Positions 8,282 to 17,096 of a stretch of 22,498 nt of DNA are shown piece by piece; the first letter of the stretch is position 1, and each line of letters begins with the position of its first letter. The notes under the pieces are model-generated. The model was not told where the DNA came from and made no database searches. It saw nothing but the letters and a program-made list of their open reading frames with translations. Location: assembly GCA_043808015.1 (NCBI GenBank), contig JAZDFI010000039.1, positions 1 through 22,498 on the forward strand, written 5' to 3'. This stretch comes from Candidatus Aenigmatarchaeota archaeon. Its GTDB lineage: Archaea > Aenigmatarchaeota > Aenigmatarchaeia > QMZP01 > QMZT01. Position numbers and translations under genes: made by a program.

Positions 8282-11158
8282 GGCGGAGCTGACTGAAATT
8301 GTTTTTGAAATTATGTACACCTTTCCATCATCGCAGCTGGCAATTATGTCACCCTTACCATCGCTGTTAGCATCGCCGAATTCTATGAACTTTATCGAAT
8401 TCGGCAGCTTCACGTCCCCTGTGATTTTTCCGTTTTTATCGATTATTGAAACGCCGCCAACATCATAATTGTTTATTGGATCCGTGTCTTTGGTGCCATA
8501 GCCGACGATGATTTCCTTTTCGCCGTCATTGTTTATGTCGCCCGTAACAACAGACCATGCAGGATACGGGAACGGTATTTTCCAAATCGTGTTGCCGCTC
8601 GAGTCGAGCAATGTAACATTGTTTGAACCCTGTGCCACGTGTTTTCTAACCGCGGATACCACGACAATCTCCAGGCCGCTTCGCGATGCTGCCAGTTCAT
8701 CGATGCCGACGCCAAGCGTGTCCTCTCCTATGGCTTTGGTCCATAACTCAACACCGTTTTTGTCCAAAAGGCGGACGTTGGGAAAGCCTCTAACCTGACC
8801 ATCCCAAGTATACCACCCGCCAACGACGGCTATCTCATTGCTGCCGTCATTGTTGACGTCGGCGATGCGTGCCTGCTGCAATTTGCACAAATGACCGTCG
8901 CACGTGTATGTTTTATTCCATATCGCGTTTCCTGCTGAATCCAGCAAAACTACCTCACCGTTGCCGGTATTGCCGCCTCCTACCAAAAGTATCTCTTTTC
9001 CGGGATTGCTTGTAACGTCTGCGATTCTGACGCCTCTTATCATCCCATTAGGGTATGTGTATGTCCACAAAAGATTGCCGTTGTTGTCCAACAGTTCAAA
9101 CGGTATGGGGTTCTCTCCCAAAAAGCCAGCTGCCACTTCGTTGTCGCCATCATTGTCGACATCGCCTATATCGACAGCGGCTGCATAATTTCTGTTAGGC
9201 GACTGATGACTCCATAAAACATTCCCGGCTGAATTGAAAGCGAAAAACTCGCCATAAACAGGAGTGATGCTATAATCGGTTCCTCCACCAAGCACGATTT
9301 CATTGCCAGCATCGCCGGCCAGATTGCCGATTGCCACGCCAACTCCCCATACATACGGAGTGGGCAGAGTTCTCGAAACGACATTAAATTCTGGAGAAAA
9401 CTGCTCATTGAACATCTGTAATATTTCCTGTTGCGAAAGCGCCGTCTTCCATATCCTCACTTGGTCTATGGTGCCGTTGAACCAGCCCTGTGGTGACGTC
9501 CCCCTGTTCAGGCCGCCTATGTTTATGTGATGATTGTAACTTCCGACCAGATTTATGTTGCCGGTCCAGCCCTTATCGTCCGTGCTGCCGCCTGTGCTCG
9601 TGAACGCGGCGGCCTCCTCGACGCCGTCGAGATAGATTTTATTCCTGTTAAGACCGTCTGAAACGAAAGCGACAAAATGCCAGCTGCCATCGTTCACTGG
9701 TGTCGTGCTGTTTATCAGGTTCCAGTTGCCACCGGCGCCTGCGAAGTTCCATCCCATATCAAGTACATTGTTCCTTATGCGCCAGACGTAATTGCTGGAC
9801 ATTAATGATGACGTGGTGTATGCAGCAATAGTCTGTGTGGTGGCGGATGACGAAGTCTTTATCCAGGCCGTCACGGTTCCGGAATTCGCGCTGTCCAGCG
9901 CATTGTTCGCAGCAGTCTGGATATAATCACCGTCCCCGTCAAATCTCGCAGCGTTGCCGTACTTTGCCTCGATTGTCCATGTCACGTTGTTGTATGATGT
10001 GCCGTTGTTGCTGTAAGTGGACTGATCCAAAACTTTTGTGGTGGTTTCGCCCAGAGCAATGTTGTTGTCAAGGTTCATCTTGAGGTAAGTGTTAACATCG
10101 CTTACAGGTTTAACGTCTTTTAATTCGCCCTGTAGTGTCAGCAAACCTATTTCACGCGCGCTAATAGGATTAGTCGTGTTGCCTATCGAGCCCACTGCAT
10201 ACATATAATACAAGTCAGGTTCTACGGGCAAAACGGACATGGTCTGCGCGCCTATCAAACCATTCCAGTCATTTTCAATCACCGGATTATTACCGTATCT
10301 TGTCCATTCAAACAAATCAGTGCTCGTCGCATAAGATGAACGATGATTTGAATAAGCATCAACCTCGTCAAAATAGGCATACCATTTATCATCAGGCCCT
10401 TTTTGGGAAACTAATCTAGCTATGTATGCTCTCTGTTCATCCCATGGTGGATTTTGATTGTAAGTGATGACAGGATTATTCGTGTATTTTGTCCATACTT
10501 TTAAGTCAGGACTTGTTGCAACACCTTCTCCCTCATTAGCATAGCCAGTGCCATAATCACCTGCTGAGAACAGTATAACCCATTTAGAGATAGATGCATC
10601 CCAAACCGGCTGGCTTGTGTGACATATCCATTTTCTATCCCATCCGCTTGAGGAGCGATCAATGACTGGCATGTTAGAATACCTTGTGAAGTGATACCCG
10701 TCAGTCGACGTTGCTAACCCAATCACCTCATTTACCAAGTTATCGTGCCTTGCCGTGTAAAACATGTAGAAAACTCCATTGTCATAAATTACAGAAGGCG
10801 ACCAGACAAATCCCCCCTCCCATGCGTTAGCCGGGTTTTCTTCTAAAATCGGATTGCCTGCATATTTAGTGAAATGTATGCCGTCAGTAGAAGTTGCGAG
10901 ACCTATTGCATAAATACCACCGTATTCACCCCCAACTCTTCTGCCAGAGTAGTATAAAAAATAAGTACCATCATGATACACAACAGAGCCGCCGCCCAGC
11001 GACTGTTCATCCCATGCGCCAACAGGCCCCACTGTTAGTATGGGACTGTTTTCATGCCATGTCCATGTATCAGTGGAAGAAGCGGACACTTTAGCAGCAT
11101 CGAAAAACAACGCTGCTAGAAGTGAAAGAAAAATAGTCGCCAGAAAGCGTCTTTTCAT
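8123..11158 (-). CDS. Secreted multidomain protein: five-bladed beta-propeller (GH32/43/130-like fold) + LamG + seven FG-GAP/VCBS repeats + dockerin, 1011 aa
   Basis: Signal peptide; repeated IGLATSTDG.HFT.Y..NP(I/V) blades; LamG at about 9412-10084; seven GD(V/I)xNDGxxEI-type repeats at about 8300-9400; dockerin at 8123-8281. Confidence 0.82.
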   Translation of the reverse strand: MKRRFLATIFLSLLAALFFDAAKVSASSTDTWTWHENSPILTVGPVGAWDEQSLGGGSVVYHDGTYFLYYSGRRVGGEYGGIYAIGLATSTDGIHFTKYAGNPILEENPANAWEGGFVWSPSVIYDNGVFYMFYTARHDNLVNEVIGLATSTDGYHFTRYSNMPVIDRSSSGWDRKWICHTSQPVWDASISKWVILFSAGDYGTGYANEGEGVATSPDLKVWTKYTNNPVITYNQNPPWDEQRAYIARLVSQKGPDDKWYAYFDEVDAYSNHRSSYATSTDLFEWTRYGNNPVIENDWNGLIGAQTMSVLPVEPDLYYMYAVGSIGNTTNPISAREIGLLTLQGELKDVKPVSDVNTYLKMNLDNNIALGETTTKVLDQSTYSNNGTSYNNVTWTIEAKYGNAARFDGDGDYIQTAANNALDSANSGTVTAWIKTSSSATTQTIAAYTTSSLMSSNYVWRIRNNVLDMGWNFAGAGGNWNLINSTTPVNDGSWHFVAFVSDGLNRNKIYLDGVEEAAAFTSTGGSTDDKGWTGNINLVGSYNHHINIGGLNRGTSPQGWFNGTIDQVRIWKTALSQQEILQMFNEQFSPEFNVVSRTLPTPYVWGVGVAIGNLAGDAGNEIVLGGGTDYSITPVYGEFFAFNSAGNVLWSHQSPNRNYAAAVDIGDVDNDGDNEVAAGFLGENPIPFELLDNNGNLLWTYTYPNGMIRGVRIADVTSNPGKEILLVGGGNTGNGEVVLLDSAGNAIWNKTYTCDGHLCKLQQARIADVNNDGSNEIAVVGGWYTWDGQVRGFPNVRLLDKNGVELWTKAIGEDTLGVGIDELAASRSGLEIVVVSAVRKHVAQGSNNVTLLDSSGNTIWKIPFPYPAWSVVTGDINNDGEKEIIVGYGTKDTDPINNYDVGGVSIIDKNGKITGDVKLPNSIKFIEFGDANSDGKGDIIASCDDGKVYIISKTISVSSAADLNGDGVVDISDLAIVAYNFGKASGFNEKTDTDGSGAVDIFDIVFVASKFT
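9412..10084 (-). repeat. LamG/concanavalin-A-like domain, copy B
   Basis: Matches copy A. LamG hallmarks are TVTAWIK, WHFVAFV, KIYLDG and FNGTIDQVRIW. Confidence 0.9.
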
Positions 11159-11191
11159 ATTATACTATTTGCGTTTTAATTAGATAAATTT

Positions 11192-13540
11192 CTATGCTTC
11201 CGCCATCTTCGTCACGCCGTCGCTCTCCTTGTCCCTTGTCAGATGATAGGTCGAGCCCGTTATGTAATCCGACAGGCGCTCCTCGTGCGTGATGAGGAAG
11301 ACCTGGTCTATGATGTTCTCCATTCTGTCTTTGAGGACGGAGCCGAAATGCTCTATGGCGCTCCTGTCGAGGTTGTGCGTCGGTTCATCGAGGATGAGCC
11401 ATCTCAGGTTCGGGGTAAATGCGAGCGCGAAGGCTATGCGCAAGGCGAGGCACGCGAGCGAGCGTTCTCCGCCTGAAACAATATCCGCGTTCATCCATTC
11501 CTTTCTGCTCTTCAGCTGCAGGACATAATCCTTGTCGACCAGCAGGCGCACTTCGCTGAAATCGTCGTATGGGTAAAGCTCGCCCCATATCTGGCTCATT
11601 ATGAAGTTGACCGTTTTTAGAAATTCGTCTCTCAGCTGGTCCTGCGTGCTGCGCAGGACGTTGACAAATACATCCATCGATTCCGATATGCTGGCGTAGT
11701 TCTCGATGTCCTGCTTGTATTTAGCGAGCGTGCTCGCCTGCTCTTCTATCTCTTTCGCATCCGTCTTCTTTTCAGCCATCCTCTGCGAAATTCCCGTCAG
11801 CTTCGCCTCTATGCCTCTCGACCTGGCGATTGTTTCCTGGAGTTCGCTTCTCATTACTTTTATGTCGTGGCCGGTGATCTTCTTCTCGAGCGCCTTCCTC
11901 TGCTTCGCTGCCTCGCCCAGATGCGTCGCCGCCTGCTCCATCTCTTTCAGCAGCGTTTCTAGCGAATCTCGCTCCTTGAGGACGTCTTCCGAGCGTTCTC
12001 TGGCGACTCTCAGCTTTTCGAGCGAACGTCTCGACGCCGCCTCCTTGCGTTCTTGGACGCGTATCTGTGATACGACCGTCTTTATCTCGCTGTCCAGAAG
12101 CTTGCGTTTCGAAGTCGCTTCCCTCATTCTGCCGGACATGAATTCGAAATCCTTAAGGTCGCGTTTGATTTCTGCATACTCAAGAACGCTCTTCCTGAAG
12201 CCGTCGCTAGCGTCGCTTTCCTTCGCGACTTTCGCCTTGGTCTCGCGTATCCGAAGGTCGATATCGACGATATGCTTCAGCCGATGGTTCGTTAGGTCCT
12301 TCTTTTTCTCTTCTTCGATGTGCGAATCGCAGACCGGACATTTGTCTCCCGCTCGTCTCAGGTCGGACAGGCTCTTTTCCATCTCGGTCTTCTCGGCCAT
12401 GAGCACATAAAGAGTCTTCTTGAGCGCTTCGACGTTTTCGAGCATGGCGGCCAGCTTCTTTTCCGGCTCGTTGCCAAGCGCCTTGCCCAGTATTTTCAGC
12501 CGCCTGTCCTTGCCTTTCATGCCGTCGAGCTTCGCCTGCGTATCCTTCATCTGGTCGCGCAGGAAGAGCATCTTGCCGTTCATGAGCGACAGAGTCTCTC
12601 TCAGCACGCGGATTTCCCTTTCTCCTGAGGCCAGCGCAGTCTCGAGTTTCGTTATATCCGATGCCATCGACTTCAGCGACTCGGGGTCGGCCTTGGCCGC
12701 GCCGAGCTTTTTTCTCTTAATGTCCGCCTGTCGCTTCATTTCGTCCAGGCGGGATGCCAGCGATTCGCTTTTTCGGACCGCATCGTTGAGCATGTCATGC
12801 GACGCTTCGTATTGGACGACGTTTTCGGAAAGCTTCTTGCGCTCCTTCTCGAGAGAACCGAGCGTCTTGTCTAGGTCGCGTTTCTCACCCTCGAGTTTCT
12901 TTATCTCGTTCTCGAACGCGACCAGCTTCTCGTCGAGCTTGCGCGTCTTCAGGTCTTCGACGACCCGCACCATTTCCTTGCGTCTGGCCATGATGTTGTT
13001 CTTTATCGAGACCGCCGACTCGCGCGCCCGCTCGTAGCGGTCGAGCTTGAGCATCTCGTCGATCTGCTGCATGCGCTTGCCCTTTGGGATTTGCAGGAAG
13101 TAGTCGAGCGCGTTCTGCTCGGAATAGATAGCGCGCTGGAAAAGATCGTAATCCATTTGAAGAATCCTCTCGACTTCGCGGGTCACGCCCTGCGGGCTGA
13201 CTTCGAGCAGCTTGCCGTCCTCGCGTATCTCGGCGGCGACCGTCCCTTTCTCGCGTTCAATCGTCCTGCGCACGGTGTATTTCTTGCCGTCGCCGGCTTC
13301 GAACTCGACCTCGACCATCGCATGGCGCTTTTTCTGCGGTTTCGACATGATCAGGTCGTCGAGAGCCAGCTTCTTCGAGCCGAGCGCGGAAAACGTGCCG
13401 AAAAGCGCGAATGCAATCGCCTGCATCACGCTCGTCTTGCCGGAGCCCATTATGCCTATCAGCGCGTTGACGCCTTTCGAGAACTTGAGTTCCGAATCCA
13501 GATGCGACTTCCAGTTGACCATCTTTACGCGCGTAATCAT
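11192..13540 (-). CDS. rad50: Rad50/SbcC-type DNA double-strand-break repair ATPase, 782 aa
   Basis: Walker A GIMGSGKTS, Q-loop YSEQN, long coiled coil with central CPVC zinc hook, signature SGGE, Walker B LILDEP, H-loop ITH. Confidence 0.92.
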   Translation of the reverse strand: MITRVKMVNWKSHLDSELKFSKGVNALIGIMGSGKTSVMQAIAFALFGTFSALGSKKLALDDLIMSKPQKKRHAMVEVEFEAGDGKKYTVRRTIEREKGTVAAEIREDGKLLEVSPQGVTREVERILQMDYDLFQRAIYSEQNALDYFLQIPKGKRMQQIDEMLKLDRYERARESAVSIKNNIMARRKEMVRVVEDLKTRKLDEKLVAFENEIKKLEGEKRDLDKTLGSLEKERKKLSENVVQYEASHDMLNDAVRKSESLASRLDEMKRQADIKRKKLGAAKADPESLKSMASDITKLETALASGEREIRVLRETLSLMNGKMLFLRDQMKDTQAKLDGMKGKDRRLKILGKALGNEPEKKLAAMLENVEALKKTLYVLMAEKTEMEKSLSDLRRAGDKCPVCDSHIEEEKKKDLTNHRLKHIVDIDLRIRETKAKVAKESDASDGFRKSVLEYAEIKRDLKDFEFMSGRMREATSKRKLLDSEIKTVVSQIRVQERKEAASRRSLEKLRVARERSEDVLKERDSLETLLKEMEQAATHLGEAAKQRKALEKKITGHDIKVMRSELQETIARSRGIEAKLTGISQRMAEKKTDAKEIEEQASTLAKYKQDIENYASISESMDVFVNVLRSTQDQLRDEFLKTVNFIMSQIWGELYPYDDFSEVRLLVDKDYVLQLKSRKEWMNADIVSGGERSLACLALRIAFALAFTPNLRWLILDEPTHNLDRSAIEHFGSVLKDRMENIIDQVFLITHEERLSDYITGSTYHLTRDKESDGVTKMAEA

Positions 13541-13613
13541 ACCAAACCCTCAGCTATGTAGAGAAATTGGCGCGGGAATTATTAAGTCTTGATTTTTCCG
13601 GAGCTTTCAGAAT

Positions 13614-14171
13614 TCACAGCAGGATGCCCGCGAAAAGTATGACGAATATGCCGGCTGTGTTGAGCAGATACGATATCTCGGAAAACTTCCTGACATTTAT
13701 TTTCGTGCAGGCCGCGAAAAGGACCACGCCTATCTCGTCGGGCAGCGGGGAGGCAATGACAAAAACAGCGATCGCTGAAAGCAGGTATTTTTTTACGGAA
13801 CATGGCATTCCCGAACTTATCCTTCTGACAAAGCCTGTCTTTCCAAGCCTGTCCACCTCGTCCTCCAGCGAATGCCTTATGAATTTGAATATCAGCAGGT
13901 CGCCGACAAGGGCGCCAAGCCCTGCCACGAAGCCGGCTATGAATATGTTGTAATCCTTCGCGATTACGAGCAGCGCCGCGGTGGAGAAGCCCGATGTGAA
14001 GCCGTAAGAATACGCGATGCCAGACAGGAATGAGCCGGCATACCCAAGATATAAAATGATGCTCTCGAATGGTGTGAAGTCCCTGAAGCTGAAAAGCAGA
14101 TAGGCTGCAATAAACGTGGCTGCCAGAAGCATGAACTTCGGATATTTCAGGGCTGATGCCGCTTTGTTCAT
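13614..14171 (-). CDS. Multi-pass membrane protein of unknown function (possibly DedA/VTT-like), 185 aa
   Basis: Five to six hydrophobic segments, with GLGALVGDLLIFKFIR and ASPLPDEIG motifs. Confidence 0.75.
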   Translation of the reverse strand: MNKAASALKYPKFMLLAATFIAAYLLFSFRDFTPFESIILYLGYAGSFLSGIAYSYGFTSGFSTAALLVIAKDYNIFIAGFVAGLGALVGDLLIFKFIRHSLEDEVDRLGKTGFVRRISSGMPCSVKKYLLSAIAVFVIASPLPDEIGVVLFAACTKINVRKFSEISYLLNTAGIFVILFAGILL

Positions 14172-14204
14172 ATGTTTTATAATGAGGCCATCCGCTTATA
14201 TAAT
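14172..14204. promoter_or_regulatory. Interleaved divergent archaeal promoters, likely leaderless
   Basis: TTTTATAA at 14175-14182 is 23 nt before ATG 14205 (+). TTATATAA at 14196-14203 is 25 nt before ATG 14171 (-). Confidence 0.65.
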
Positions 14205-15146
14205 ATGAAAGCAGCCGGCATGCCGCCGAGGTTTCGCGAGCGATACGAAGCGATAGTTGACGAGCCGGAGGCGTTTTTCGCCTCGCTGACAAGGCCGCTG
14301 CCCAAGGCGTTTCGAGTGAACACGCTGAAAGCCGATATCCGGAAAGTGATAGAAAGGTTAAACGGGTATGGCATCGAAACGACGAATGTAGCGTGGGACG
14401 ACGCGGCTTTCGTCACGTCCAGTGATAAGACGGGAGCGACACTCGAACATTTCATGGGCCACATCTACATACAGGAGCTCGTATCGATGCTCCCGCCGCT
14501 TCTGCTGAAAGGCGAGATTAAGTCGAATCCGGAAATGACGATTCTCGATGCATGCGCTGCACCGGGTTCGAAAACAACGCAGCTGTCCGCGCTCCTGCGC
14601 AATCGTGGCCTAATAGTCGCGAATGACGCCGCTTTCAATCGTTTGAAAATAATCAAGCACAACCTCGAGAAGCTGGGCTGCATGAACGTCGCGGTCGTCA
14701 ACCACGACGCTCGCTTTTTCAAAACGGACATGCAGTTCGACTGCATCCTGCTCGACGCGCCGTGCTCGTCAGAAGGGACGATACGCAAAAACCGCGAAGT
14801 CCTTTCGAGGTGGAACGAAAAAGAGATAATATCGACTTCCGGGCTGCAGAAACAGATGATTACACGATGTTACGAGATGCTCAGGCCCGGGGGGCTCATG
14901 GTTTATTCGACGTGCACCTTCGCTCCCGAAGAGAACGAAGGCGTGGTGGATTACCTGATTTCCAAAAGCGATTGCAAACTGGAGAAAATCGAAATCATGG
15001 GTTTGAAGCTGTCCGGAACGGTAAAAGAATGGAGCGGCAGGACATTCGCCAGTGACGTTTCGAAGGCCGCTAGGGTCTGGCCGCACCACAACGACACGGG
15101 CGGCTTCTTCATGGCGAAGATAAGAAAGTCGGAGGGCGACGCATGA
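14205..15146 (+). CDS. RsmB/RsmF/NOP2-family RNA m5C methyltransferase, catalytic part
   Basis: FRVNTLK, YIQE..SM, ILDACAAPGSKT, ILLDAPCS and VYSTCT motifs, with both catalytic Cys present. Start revised from 14172 to 14205 (14220 is also possible) to leave room for the promoters. Confidence 0.92.
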   Translation: MKAAGMPPRFRERYEAIVDEPEAFFASLTRPLPKAFRVNTLKADIRKVIERLNGYGIETTNVAWDDAAFVTSSDKTGATLEHFMGHIYIQELVSMLPPLLLKGEIKSNPEMTILDACAAPGSKTTQLSALLRNRGLIVANDAAFNRLKIIKHNLEKLGCMNVAVVNHDARFFKTDMQFDCILLDAPCSSEGTIRKNREVLSRWNEKEIISTSGLQKQMITRCYEMLRPGGLMVYSTCTFAPEENEGVVDYLISKSDCKLEKIEIMGLKLSGTVKEWSGRTFASDVSKAARVWPHHNDTGGFFMAKIRKSEGDA

Positions 15147-15604
15147 ATCTCGTACCAATAAGGCCAAAGGAAGCTGAGGCGATGCTGGAATTCATGGAGA
15201 ACAGGTTCGGCATTCCGAAAGACGCATTCGCCGGACTCGAGTTCATGGACAACGGCAAGGGCAAGATATTCGCGATGAACGAGCGCAACGCCGTCTTCTG
15301 CAACCGCAACAACATAATGTCCGCGAGCCTGCCATTCATGCGCTTCGACGGCGCGACGAAGCCGACGTCGATGATGATACAGATGTTCGGCTCTCTCGCG
15401 ACGAGGGGCATAGTACACGTCGAGCGAAGCAAGGCTAAGGACTTCGCGGCCGGGTTCGACATCATATCCAAGGAAAACGCATGCTCGGACGGCTATGTTA
15501 TAATCAAATATAACGGCTTCCCGCTGGGATGCGGGCTGCTGCGCAACGGCGACATAAAGAACCAGCTGCCCAAGGCGAAACGCATGCCGGTCGAACTTCT
15601 CTAG
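15143..15604 (+). CDS. Stand-alone pre-PUA/PUA domain protein (RsmF C-terminal/NIP7-like), 153 aa
   Basis: ATGA overlap with the methyltransferase. FMENRFGI and GYVIIKYNGFPLGCG...IKNQLPKAKR resemble the RsmF C-terminal PUA-like domain. Confidence 0.75.
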   Translation: MNLVPIRPKEAEAMLEFMENRFGIPKDAFAGLEFMDNGKGKIFAMNERNAVFCNRNNIMSASLPFMRFDGATKPTSMMIQMFGSLATRGIVHVERSKAKDFAAGFDIISKENACSDGYVIIKYNGFPLGCGLLRNGDIKNQLPKAKRMPVELL

Positions 15605-15654
15605 AAATTTTATCAGTTATTTATAAACCAAGACGCATATATTCATCATATTCG

Positions 15655-16986
15655 ATGGTGGTTCTGATAGCTGAAAAATCTGAAAAGCACGAGAAGGCAG
15701 GCAAACCCGAAAAGGAAAGTCACGCCAAACCGGAGAAAACCGAAAGTCACGTGAAAGCCGAAAAGGCTGACCCGAGACTCATACCTGATTTTAACATAGG
15801 CATAGTCGGCCACGTGGACCACGGCAAGACGACTCTCACAGAAGCGCTCACCGGGAAATGGACGGACACGCATTCCGAAGAGATAAAGCGTGGCATTTCC
15901 ATTCGCCTGGGTTATGCCGACATAACGCTTTACAAGTGCCCGAAGTGCAAAGGCGCGAAAGCGTACTCGACGACGAAGAAATGCATAAGCTGCTTCTCCG
16001 CCGGAGAACCTGTGCGCACGATATCGTTCGTCGACGCGCCCGGCCACGAGACGCTTATGGCGACAGTCCTGTCAGGCGCGTCCCTCATGGACGGCGCGCT
16101 GCTCGTCATAGCGTCGAATGAGGAATGTCCGCAGCCGCAGACGTACGAACATCTAATGGCGCTCAACATCACGGGCATAAGCAAAGTAATCATAGTCCAG
16201 ACCAAGATCGACCTGGTCACAAAGGAGCAGGCGCTCTCCAATTACCAGCAGATAAAGAATTTTGTCAAGGGAACGATCGCCGAGAACGCCCCGATAATTC
16301 CCATTTCTTCAAGACAGAGGGTCAACCTCGACGCGCTTCTGGAGACGATAGACAACGTGATGAAGCCGCCTGAGCGCGACCCGAAGAAAACGCCGAAATT
16401 CCTCATAGCGCGTTCGTTCGATGTGAACAAGCCCGGCACGCTGATAGAGAAGCTGCAGGGCGGAGTCATAGGCGGCTCGCTCATCCAGGGCAAGCTTAAA
16501 ATCGGCGACGAGCTGGAGATAAAGCCGGGCGTCAAGGTGAAGGACAAGTACGAACCCGTCAAGACTCGAATAACCGGCATGCAGAAGGCCGGCAAAAACC
16601 TGGACGAGATAGGCCCGGGCGGCCTTGCGGGCGTTTCAACGACGCTGGATCCGTACTTAACCAAATCCGATTCCCTTTCCGGAAGCGTGGCAAGCGTTCC
16701 GGGAAAGCTGCCGCCTGTCGTGAGCAAGCTGAAGATGAAAACGACCCTTTTCAAGCGCGTCGTCGGCGTCAATACGGGCGCGGACGCTGGCGGCATAAAG
16801 ACAGGCGACGTGCTTCTGGTCACGCTGGCGACTATGAGGACGACCGGTTCCGTCGTTAGCGGCAGGCCGGGAGAGATAGACGTTTTGCTGAAGAGCCCGC
16901 TGTGCGCGGACAAGGGAGAGAAGGTCGCGATATCCAAGCTTTTCTCGGCCAGATGGCGCCTGGTCGGCTACGGGGAAATCGCATAA
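15655..16986 (+). CDS. eif2g: Translation initiation factor 2 subunit gamma (aIF2-gamma)
   Basis: NIGIVGHVDHGKTT, HSEEIKRGISIRLGYA, CxxC...CxxC zinc knuckle, DAPGHE, PQPQT.EH, TKID, RSFDVNKPG, RWRLVGYG. Start revised from 15529 to ATG 15655, downstream of TTTATAAA at 15620-15627. Confidence 0.97.
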   Translation: MVVLIAEKSEKHEKAGKPEKESHAKPEKTESHVKAEKADPRLIPDFNIGIVGHVDHGKTTLTEALTGKWTDTHSEEIKRGISIRLGYADITLYKCPKCKGAKAYSTTKKCISCFSAGEPVRTISFVDAPGHETLMATVLSGASLMDGALLVIASNEECPQPQTYEHLMALNITGISKVIIVQTKIDLVTKEQALSNYQQIKNFVKGTIAENAPIIPISSRQRVNLDALLETIDNVMKPPERDPKKTPKFLIARSFDVNKPGTLIEKLQGGVIGGSLIQGKLKIGDELEIKPGVKVKDKYEPVKTRITGMQKAGKNLDEIGPGGLAGVSTTLDPYLTKSDSLSGSVASVPGKLPPVVSKLKMKTTLFKRVVGVNTGADAGGIKTGDVLLVTLATMRTTGSVVSGRPGEIDVLLKSPLCADKGEKVAISKLFSARWRLVGYGEIA

Positions 16987-17096
16987 TTCCGGACGTAAAA
17001 AGCATTTAAATAACGCCGCCGATAATCAATTAAGCTTTTTGGGAAAAAGCTTAAGCAAAAAACGACCTGAAATCATTTTCAATTTGGAGGTAGAAT

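Noticed and set aside
5306-10084. LamG and dockerin repeats as a diversity-generating retroelement TR/VR pair or mobile-element ends
   Set aside because: Mismatches involve all bases and many are synonymous rather than adenine-specific. Both copies are coding, and no reverse transcriptase, transposase or integrase is present in the window.
11192-13540. Condensin SMC or Wadjet JetC interpretation
   Set aside because: The central CPVC zinc hook, the lack of a hinge domain and the absence of scpAB/jet neighbours indicate Rad50.
13582-14292. 236-aa minus-strand ORF
   Set aside because: It is an alternative frame over the 185-aa membrane protein and overlaps the methyltransferase start. Its Arg/His-rich composition is unlike a real protein.
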